Assembly: GCA_902528545.1 (NCBI GenBank) | Contig: CABZTB010000003.1 | Coordinates: 47,433 to 79,432 of the forward strand | Reading direction: 5' to 3' | Length of the DNA stretch: 32,000 nt | Origin: an uncultured Pelagibacteraceae bacterium | Lineage (GTDB): Bacteria; Pseudomonadota; Alphaproteobacteria; Pelagibacterales; Pelagibacteraceae | Shown here: positions 5,846-12,048 of the stretch, in pieces | Position numbering within the stretch: the stretch's first letter is position 1 | Layout of the letters: each line of letters opens with the position of its first letter | Position numbers and translations under genes: made by a program | The notes under the pieces: model-generated | Seen by the model: the letters and a program-made list of their open reading frames with translations, nothing else | Told to the model about the DNA's origin: nothing | Database searches by the model: none

Positions 5846-7351
5846 CTACAAGTTAAAAGGTTTTAATTTAGCCTGGACAGTTGGTCTAGTTATACTAATA
5901 CCTTCATCATTAAGTTTTAAAGCTATATTTTTGTAAGAGAAACCATCTTTTCTCATCTCTTTAATCAAAGAGATATGCTCTTTATTTAGATTAACGAAAT
6001 AGGGTGTTTTAAAATTATTTTTTTTTGCGTATCTATCAAATTGACTCCTGCTAATTGGTTTGAATTTTTTTGAAAAATCTTTTCTAATATTTGCAAAAAG
6101 TCTTTGTTTTTTAATTTCCTTTTCTAAAAATTTTTTTTCTTTTTTTGTTAAATTAATGTGTTTATATTCCTTATTTCTTAAATTTGGGTTATTTCCATCT
6201 GGATATAAATAGAAAAATAATTCTTTAAATTTTTCTCCAGTAACAACGTTTGAAATGTGTGAGGGGATTACTTTTAATTTTGAAGCAATGGTGTCATATT
6301 TTAATCCATCATTATACATTTTATGTATATTAAAAGCTATTTTCTCTCTAGTCTTAATCATTTTAAGTGGAAAATTATTATTTGTTTTTGAAACTTTCTT
6401 AAAATTACCATGATTAATTATTGAATTTATTTTTTCTCTTATATTCTCTCTATAATCAATTCTAATTAATTTAATTTTTTTTAATTGAGCATATTTTTCC
6501 TTTTCTTTGTCTCTTTTCTTAATTTTCAATAACTCTATTTTTCCATTCCCTTTTTTATTTGCCCAATGTTTTGTTGTAGTATGTTGTTCACCATCTATTT
6601 CTATAAAAATTATATTTCCTTTTTTTTCTTTAATTACGATATCAATATAATGAACATTTCCTTTATATTTAATCTGTTGTTCTATTTCAAAAGGAATTCC
6701 TAAACTATGTAAAGCGTGATAAGCTATTAGTTCATATTTAGAGGCATTACAAAAACTACATTTAACACCTCTTGTTATTTTATTAATATTTTTCTCATGA
6801 ACCTTATGCCACTCATGTATATTACATTTGACTGAGTACTTTTCGTTAGATTTGTATTTTTTATCTTTTTTGATATTTACCGCATTAACGAACCCATTTG
6901 AATAATGATTGACTAACTTTATGATTTGTTTTCCAGTTTTGGGTTTATTAAGTTTACATGTCCCACAACCTCTTCCTTGCAAATGAATTTCATATTTTTG
7001 TTTATAATTCCCATTATGAGTAGGACAAAAATAAGTGATGAAGTTTTTTGAACCTTTATATTTAAAATTTGGGTATTGGTAGAAACTATTATGAACTTTG
7101 CTCAATCTTTCTACATGTTCCTTATTAGTAAGATTGAGATTATTACACTTTGAACAAAATGGGTTCTTTCTAAAGTTAGACATTCCCTGAATATTTTCGT
7201 GATTTTCTGAACAATGAAATTTGATTTTCCAAACTTTACCTTTTCCAGATTTTAGATGAAGTGCATCAATAAATTTCCATTTGAGCTTCTTCTTTTTGCA
7301 TTTAGATATAAATTCTTCTTTAATTTGAGCTATGTTTCTTAAACTTCTCAT
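5846..7351 (-). CDS. Zn-ribbon x3 + Vsr/DUF559-like (PD-(D/E)xK) endonuclease + tandem HTH modules; homing-endonuclease-like architecture
   Basis: 501 aa. Three C-x2-3-H-x14-18-C-x2-C units (aa 46-69, 108-132, 176-201). SKYELIAYHALHSLGIPFEIEQQIKYKGNVHYIDIVIKEKKGNIIFIEIDGEQH...KKRDKEKEKY...IKLIRIDY matches the Vsr/DUF559 pattern. HTH-like DGLKYDTIASKLKVIPSHISNVVTG and DGFSYKNIALKLNDEGISITRPTVQAKL. Confidence 0.65.
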   Translation of the reverse strand: MRSLRNIAQIKEEFISKCKKKKLKWKFIDALHLKSGKGKVWKIKFHCSENHENIQGMSNFRKNPFCSKCNNLNLTNKEHVERLSKVHNSFYQYPNFKYKGSKNFITYFCPTHNGNYKQKYEIHLQGRGCGTCKLNKPKTGKQIIKLVNHYSNGFVNAVNIKKDKKYKSNEKYSVKCNIHEWHKVHEKNINKITRGVKCSFCNASKYELIAYHALHSLGIPFEIEQQIKYKGNVHYIDIVIKEKKGNIIFIEIDGEQHTTTKHWANKKGNGKIELLKIKKRDKEKEKYAQLKKIKLIRIDYRENIREKINSIINHGNFKKVSKTNNNFPLKMIKTREKIAFNIHKMYNDGLKYDTIASKLKVIPSHISNVVTGEKFKELFFYLYPDGNNPNLRNKEYKHINLTKKEKKFLEKEIKKQRLFANIRKDFSKKFKPISRSQFDRYAKKNNFKTPYFVNLNKEHISLIKEMRKDGFSYKNIALKLNDEGISITRPTVQAKLKPFNL

Positions 7352-7384
7352 AATAATAAGTTTACAAAATTATTATTTATATAA

Positions 7385-7401
7385 ATAGGATTTTATAGGA
7401 T
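7385..7401 (+). repeat. R module copy 2 (ATAGGATTTTATAGGAT)
   Basis: Identical to 3341-3357. Here it is intergenic, upstream of the minus-strand nuclease start. Confidence 0.75.
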
Positions 7402-7436
7402 AACTAGTAGCAAACTAGTAGCCACAGAGATAAAAT
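7402..7436 (+). repeat. Right bracket of the 3-gene cassette: aactagtag-caa-actagtag + ccacag + agataaaat
   Basis: 33/35 identical to 3625-3659. Confidence 0.85.
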
Positions 7437-7545
7437 AAAAAAATTTTACTTATTCCTCTTGTTCAATTATAAATATTGGCATAAACACTCATGAAAATAA
7501 CTCATGCCCTCGTGGTGAAATTGGTAGACACAAAGGACTTAAAAT
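7427..7545 (+). repeat. Right copy of the 119-bp direct repeat (core + tRNA-Leu upstream region + 5' 40 nt of the intact tRNA-Leu)
   Basis: See 3383-3501. Confidence 0.9.
7446..7487 (+). promoter_or_regulatory. Candidate tRNA-Leu promoter region (duplicated at 3402-3443)
   Basis: Two sigma70-like readings are possible: ttactt-16-tataaa (7446-7473) or ttgttc-17-taaaca (7459-7487). Both lie 20-35 nt upstream of the tRNA 5' end. AT-rich context makes this weak. Confidence 0.3.
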
Positions 7546-7591
7546 CCTTGCCGCTTGCGGAGTGCCAGTTCGAGTCTGGCCGAGGGCACCA
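7506..7591 (+). tRNA. tRNA-Leu (anticodon UAA), class II with long variable arm, CCA encoded
   Basis: Manual fold. Acceptor gccctcg/cgagggc. Anticodon stem aagga/tcctt with loop cttaaaa. Variable arm gccgcttgcggagt. T-arm gccag-ttcgagt-ctggc. Ends in acca. Confidence 0.95.
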
Positions 7592-7595
7592 CTAA

Positions 7596-8366
7596 ATGAA
7601 TAGGGTTCAAATCATATCTGATAAAAATCAAAAATCTTTAAAGATTAAATCACTAATTCAAAAAAAAATTAAACAGAATAATATAAAACGATCCAATATT
7701 ACGATTGTCATTGGTGGCGATGGTTTCATGCTGCAAACACTTAAAAAGAATAGAAAATCTAAAAAGTTTTTTTATGGTGTAAATTCTGGGAGTTATGGAT
7801 TTTTGATGAACAAATTTTCATCAAAAAATATCATAAGTAATTTACACAAAGCAAGAATGATAACCATCTCTCCACTAGAGATGGTAGTTAAAAATAATAA
7901 GAATCAATCAAAAAAACATATAGCTATAAATGAAGTTTCAATTTTAAGACAAAGTAGGCAAGCTGCTTCTTTATCTATTTATCATGGTTCTAAACAGATT
8001 ATAAAAAAACTTGTCTCTGATGGTGTACTGGTTTCCACACCTGCTGGAAGTACTGCTTATAATTTATCAGTTCACGGACCTATATTAAGTTTGAATTCAA
8101 AAAGATTATCCATATCTCCAATAAGTCCATTTAGACCAAGAAGATGGAAGGGTAAAATTGTAACTGACAAATCTAAAATAAATATCAAGAACTTAAATTC
8201 AAAAAAAAGACCAATTTCTGCTGTTGCTGACAATATTGAGGTAAGGAATGCAAAAAAAATTACGGTAAAAACTAATCAAAAAATTAAATTTAATCTTCTT
8301 TACGATAGAAACAGAAGTTTGCAAAAGAAAATCAAAATAGAACAATTAAGAAAAGAAACATCTTGA
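7596..8366 (+). CDS. nadK: NAD(+) kinase
   Basis: 256 aa. ITIVIGGDGFML (GGDG motif) and DGVLVSTPAGSTAYNLSVHGPIL are NAD kinase hallmarks. It starts 4 nt after the tRNA-Leu CCA end. Confidence 0.9.
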   Translation: MNRVQIISDKNQKSLKIKSLIQKKIKQNNIKRSNITIVIGGDGFMLQTLKKNRKSKKFFYGVNSGSYGFLMNKFSSKNIISNLHKARMITISPLEMVVKNNKNQSKKHIAINEVSILRQSRQAASLSIYHGSKQIIKKLVSDGVLVSTPAGSTAYNLSVHGPILSLNSKRLSISPISPFRPRRWKGKIVTDKSKINIKNLNSKKRPISAVADNIEVRNAKKITVKTNQKIKFNLLYDRNRSLQKKIKIEQLRKETS

Positions 8367-8442
8367 TGGTGCCCCCGCACGGATTCGAACCGCGGACCTA
8401 TTGATTACAAATCAATTGCTCTACCAGCTGAGCTACAAGGGC
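8367..8442 (-). tRNA. tRNA-Thr (anticodon UGU), CCA encoded
   Basis: Reverse complement gcccttgtagctcagctggtagagcaattgatttgtaatcaataggtccgcggttcgaatccgtgcgggggcacca folds as a 76-nt cloverleaf. Anticodon loop is tttgtaa. Confidence 0.9.
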
Positions 8443-8471
8443 ATGCGCAATAATTATTAATTATTCATTAA

Positions 8472-9218
8472 TTAATCAACTCTTTTTTTTAGATAACTTA
8501 AATGATGAAATACAATTGCTGCACTATTTGATACATTTAGGCTTTCAATTTTTTGATTTATCTTAATCTTAATTAAAAAATCTGCATATTTGGATGTATG
8601 TTTATGCATTCCTGATCCTTCAGATCCAAATAACAATATATTATTTCCTTTCCACTCGATTTCAGTAAAGTCTTTTTTTCCATTACCGTCAAAACCATAT
8701 ACCCAAAAATTTTTTTCTTTTAGATTTTTAAGTGTTGAATTGATATTAGAAACCTCAAAAATATTAATATATTCTATTGCACCACTTGCTGCTTTATACA
8801 TAAGTTTACTTTCGCTAGGAAAGTTTCTTTCTTTAATAATCACTCCATCTATATTAAAAGAGGCAGCACTTCTGATCAAAGATCCTATATTTCTTGGATC
8901 AGTTACACCATCAAGACAAACTAATGTTATGTTATCTCTATCTTTAATGTATTCTTTGAGAATAGGTTTAATCATATGCTCAACTTCTGCAACATAACCT
9001 TGATGCTGTAAATTTTCTCTGGTGCTATACTTATCTAGCTCTTTTTTCGTCTTAAAGTAAACTTTGATATCTTTTAACAAGTTTTTATTAGGATTTTTTT
9101 TATGAATATTCTTCTTACTTTCTTCAGTTAAAAATACCCTTAAAACTTTTCTTTTAGGATTACGTAGGGCCTCAATTACAGCATGTTGTCCAATGATAAA
9201 AAAAGATGATTTGTTCAT
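8472..9218 (-). CDS. rlmB: SpoU/TrmH-family RNA 2'-O-methyltransferase, RlmB-like
   Basis: 248 aa. N-terminal substrate-binding region (IGQHAVIEALRNP). SpoU motifs DPRNIGSLIRSAASFN, LLFGSEGSGM and LNVSNSAAIVFH. Confidence 0.75.
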   Translation of the reverse strand: MNKSSFFIIGQHAVIEALRNPKRKVLRVFLTEESKKNIHKKNPNKNLLKDIKVYFKTKKELDKYSTRENLQHQGYVAEVEHMIKPILKEYIKDRDNITLVCLDGVTDPRNIGSLIRSAASFNIDGVIIKERNFPSESKLMYKAASGAIEYINIFEVSNINSTLKNLKEKNFWVYGFDGNGKKDFTEIEWKGNNILLFGSEGSGMHKHTSKYADFLIKIKINQKIESLNVSNSAAIVFHHLSYLKKRVD

Positions 9219-9272
9219 AAAATTACCTTTGTTTTACACGTTTTTTCAAATATTTTCCTATTAAATCACGTG

Positions 9273-9300
9273 TTGCATTTGGACAAATAAAATATATAAA
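9273..9300 (+). promoter_or_regulatory. Candidate promoter for the tRNA-Tyr/tRNA-Gly/tuf unit
   Basis: ttgcat-16 nt-tataaa, about 50 nt upstream of tRNA-Tyr in the divergent rlmB/tRNA spacer. Confidence 0.3.
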
Positions 9301-9348
9301 ACGCTTGTTGTTTGAAGCTTTATTGAACAAGGGGACACTTCCCCTAAG

Positions 9349-9434
9349 GGAGGGGTTCCAGAGCGGTCAAATGGGGCGGGCTGTAAACCCGTTGACTTCG
9401 GTCTTCGAAAGTTCGAATCTTTCCCCCTCCACCA
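9349..9434 (+). tRNA. tRNA-Tyr (anticodon GUA), long variable arm, CCA encoded
   Basis: Acceptor ggagggg/cccctcc. Anticodon loop ctgtaaa. Variable arm tgacttcggtcttc. T-loop ttcgaat. Confidence 0.95.
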
Positions 9435-9478
9435 TTCAATAGTTTTAAGCAATACTGGAGTGTTACTCTTGGGGTTGT

Positions 9479-9552
9479 GCGGGTGTAGTTCAATGGTAGA
9501 ACGCTAGCCTTCCAAGCTGGATGTAAGGGTTCGATTCCCTTTACCCGCTCCA
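9479..9552 (+). tRNA. tRNA-Gly (anticodon UCC), CCA encoded
   Basis: gcgggtgtagttcaatggtagaacgctagccttccaagctggatgtaagggttcgattccctttacccgctcca. Anticodon loop is cttccaa. Confidence 0.95.
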
Positions 9553-9595
9553 AGAAAAATAGTTTATTAAAAAATAAAAGTGAGGAATATAAGTA

Positions 9596-10786
9596 ATGTC
9601 AAAAGAAAAATTTGTTAGAAATAAACCGCATTGTAACATCGGAACAATCGGTCACGTCGATCATGGTAAAACAACTTTAACTGCTGCGATCACTAAAGTT
9701 TTATCTGAAACTGGTGGTGCTCAGGCTGTAGCATATGATCAAATTGATAAAGCGCCAGAGGAGAAAGAAAGAGGGATTACAATTTCAACAGCACACGTTG
9801 AATATGAAACTGAAAAAAGACACTATGCGCACGTAGATTGTCCAGGTCACGCTGACTATGTGAAGAATATGATTACAGGTGCAGCACAAATGGATGGTGC
9901 GATTTTAGTTGTTAACGCTGCTGATGGTCCTATGCCTCAAACAAGAGAGCATATTCTATTAGCAAGACAAGTTGGTGTTCCTGCTATCTGTGTTTATTTA
10001 AATAAAGTTGATCAGGTTGATGATAAAGAAATGATTGATCTTGTCGAAGAGGAGATTAAAGAATTATTAACTTCGTATAAATTTCCAGGTGACAAAACTC
10101 CAATCGCTAAAGGTTCTGCACTTGCAGCAGTTGAAGGTAGAGATGATGAAATTGGAAAAAATTCAATTCTAGAGTTGATGAAGAATGTTGATGAATTTAT
10201 TCCACAACCAGATAGACCAAAAGATAAAGATTTCTTGATGCCAGTAGAGGATGTTTTCTCAATCTCAGGAAGAGGTACAGTTGCAACTGGAAGAGTTGAG
10301 TCAGGTATACTTAAAACTGGTGATGAGCTTGAGATAGTAGGTATTAGAGAAACTAAAAAATCTGTCTGTACTGGTGTTGAAATGTTCAGAAAACTTTTAG
10401 ACTCTGGTGAAGCTGGTGATAACGTTGGTGTACTTTTAAGAGGTGTAGAAAGAACTGATATTGAAAGAGGACAAGTTCTTTGTAAACCAGGTTCTGTTAC
10501 ACCACATACTAAATTTGAAGCTCAAGCTTATGTATTAAAAAAAGAGGAAGGTGGAAGACATACGCCTTTTTTTACAAAGTACAGACCTCAATTCTATTTC
10601 AGAACTACAGATGTAACTGGAGAAGTAGAGTTACCGGCTGGTACCGAAATGGTTATGCCTGGTGATGACGCTAAATTTACAGTTAAATTAATTACGCCAA
10701 TCGCGATGTCAGAGAAATTAAACTTTGCTATTCGTGAAGGTGGAAGAACTGTCGGAGCTGGAGTAGTAACTAAAATTATAGAGTAA
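9596..10786 (+). CDS. tuf: Translation elongation factor Tu
   Basis: 396 aa. [18 protein letters not shown] and NKVD GTPase motifs, with full-length EF-Tu similarity. Confidence 0.98.
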   Translation: MSKEKFVRNKPHCNIGTIGHVDHGKTTLTAAITKVLSETGGAQAVAYDQIDKAPEEKERGITISTAHVEYETEKRHYAHVDCPGHADYVKNMITGAAQMDGAILVVNAADGPMPQTREHILLARQVGVPAICVYLNKVDQVDDKEMIDLVEEEIKELLTSYKFPGDKTPIAKGSALAAVEGRDDEIGKNSILELMKNVDEFIPQPDRPKDKDFLMPVEDVFSISGRGTVATGRVESGILKTGDELEIVGIRETKKSVCTGVEMFRKLLDSGEAGDNVGVLLRGVERTDIERGQVLCKPGSVTPHTKFEAQAYVLKKEEGGRHTPFFTKYRPQFYFRTTDVTGEVELPAGTEMVMPGDDAKFTVKLITPIAMSEKLNFAIREGGRTVGAGVVTKIIE

Positions 10787-10795
10787 ACTCTATAT

Positions 10796-10871
10796 AGGAG
10801 TGTAGCTCAATTGGTAGAGCGCCGGTCTCCAAAACCGGAGGCTGAGGGTTCGAGTCCCTCCGCTCCTGCCA
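10796..10871 (+). tRNA. tRNA-Trp (anticodon CCA), CCA encoded
   Basis: aggagtgtagctcaattggtagagcgccggtctccaaaaccggaggctgagggttcgagtccctccgctcctgcca. Anticodon loop is ctccaaa. Confidence 0.95.
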
Positions 10872-10888
10872 ATATAAAATGAATAAAT

Positions 10889-11080
10889 ATGAAGAACCCG
10901 ATAAAATTTATACAGGAAGTAAAACAGGAAGCATTTAAAGTTTCTTGGCCCACAGGAAAAGAAACACTTCAAGGTGCATTAATGGTTTTTGCAATGGCAG
11001 TAGTTATGTCGTTGTTTTTTCTTTTATTAGATCAGGTTTTAAAATTTTTCTTAGAGTTATTACTTAAGGTGAGTATTTAA
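10889..11080 (+). CDS. secE: Preprotein translocase subunit SecE
   Basis: 63 aa, single C-terminal TM helix. FIQEVKQEAFKVSWPTGKET is the conserved SecE N-terminal box. Located immediately upstream of nusG. Confidence 0.9.
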   Translation: MKNPIKFIQEVKQEAFKVSWPTGKETLQGALMVFAMAVVMSLFFLLLDQVLKFFLELLLKVSI

Positions 11081-11610
11081 TGAAAAATTGGTATATAGTT
11101 CAATCTCATTCTAGTTTTGAAAATAAAGTCGCGGGACTGATTAAAGAAGAAGCTGATAAAGCTAAAATCTCAGAAAAATTTGAGGAAATTATTGTTCCAA
11201 CTCATGATGTAACTGAGGTTAAAAGAGGCAAAAGAATACAGAGAAAAAAAAAATATTTTCCAGGCTATGTTCTAATTAAGAGTGAGATGGATAATGATAT
11301 TTACCATATGATAAAAAATATAAAACGTGTCAGTGGTTTCCTGGGAACAAAGGGTATGCCTGTTCCAGTATCAGACAAAGAAATTGATAAAATTTTAGGT
11401 CAGATAAAAGACGGAGTTGCCCAACCAAAATCAGCAATAGAGTATACAGTTGGTGAAAAAGTACAGGTAATTGATGGACCTTTTGCTTCATTTAGTGGAA
11501 TGGTTGAGGAAATTGATGAAGAAAAGTCTAGACTTAAGGTGTCAGTTTCTATATTTGGAAGACCAACACCAGTTGATTTAGAATATAATCAAGTGGAAAA
11601 AGTAAGTTAG
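11080..11610 (+). CDS. nusG: Transcription termination/antitermination factor NusG
   Basis: 176 aa. [17 protein letters not shown] start and C-terminal KOW ([22 protein letters not shown]). Confidence 0.95.
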   Translation: MKNWYIVQSHSSFENKVAGLIKEEADKAKISEKFEEIIVPTHDVTEVKRGKRIQRKKKYFPGYVLIKSEMDNDIYHMIKNIKRVSGFLGTKGMPVPVSDKEIDKILGQIKDGVAQPKSAIEYTVGEKVQVIDGPFASFSGMVEEIDEEKSRLKVSVSIFGRPTPVDLEYNQVEKVS

Positions 11611-11614
11611 AATT

Positions 11615-12046
11615 ATGGCGGCTAAAAAAGAAATAAGTGGTTTTATAAAATTACAAATTAAAGGTGGACAAGCAAATCCTGCTCCACCGGTTGGACCTGC
11701 ATTAGGGCAAAGAGGGGTAAACATCATGGAATTTTGTAAAGCTTTTAATGATAAAACTAAAAAGTTAGCTGGTAAACCTGTGCCAGTCGAAATTACTGTT
11801 TATAAAGATAAAAAATTTGATTTTAAAATCAAATCACCACCAGCATCTTTCTTTATAAGAGAAGCAGCAAAGTTAAAGAGTGGATCCCAAGAACCTGGCA
11901 GAAATATTGTTGCATCAATAACAAAAAAACAAGCTGAGGAAATTGCTAAACAAAAAATGGAGGATTTGAATGCACTCGATTTGGATCAAGCGGTCAAAAT
12001 AATTGCTGGGTCTGCAAGATCTATGGGTATCGAGGTCAAAGATTAA
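11615..12046 (+). CDS. rplK: 50S ribosomal protein L11
   Basis: [24 protein letters not shown] signature. Confidence 0.97.
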   Translation: MAAKKEISGFIKLQIKGGQANPAPPVGPALGQRGVNIMEFCKAFNDKTKKLAGKPVPVEITVYKDKKFDFKIKSPPASFFIREAAKLKSGSQEPGRNIVASITKKQAEEIAKQKMEDLNALDLDQAVKIIAGSARSMGIEVKD

Positions 12047-12048
12047 TT

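Larger units (their letters stand above)
3383..7545 (+). mobile_element. Integrase-less island inserted at tRNA-Leu, bounded by the 119-bp direct repeats
   Basis: Direct repeats 3383-3501 and 7427-7545 include the tRNA 5' half, with the breakpoint at the anticodon loop. Three cargo genes have no housekeeping logic. No recombinase gene lies inside. Confidence 0.55.

Noticed and set aside
1774-7436. A CRISPR array as the explanation for the short periodic repeats
   Set aside because: The repeats are only 6-8 nt long, occur in 2-3 copies and are spaced 2-4 nt apart. There are no 25-40-nt repeats, no spacers and no cas genes.
1705-7545. A classical integron as the explanation for the cassette array
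   Set aside because: The window holds no intI-like tyrosine recombinase. The boundaries are direct repeats rather than attC-type imperfect inverted repeats, and I noticed no GTTRRRY core at the boundaries. The resemblance is only conceptual.
8590-8997. 135-aa plus-strand ORF
   Set aside because: It is antisense to the SpoU/RlmB methyltransferase gene, which carries clear family motifs.
9331-9344. gggga-cact-tcccc hairpin just upstream of tRNA-Tyr, whose 3' arm could also pair with the tRNA 5' acceptor strand
   Set aside because: It is a 5-bp stem in a pre-tRNA leader. It is plausibly incidental or a routine processing context, and nothing indicates a distinct element.
9261-9553. Minus-strand ORFs 9261-9452 and 9344-9553
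   Set aside because: They overlap tRNA-Tyr and tRNA-Gly. Their Pro/Gly-rich translation is an artefact of GC-rich tRNA sequence.
10790-10972. 60-aa minus-strand ORF
   Set aside because: It overlaps tRNA-Trp and the secE start, so it is spurious.
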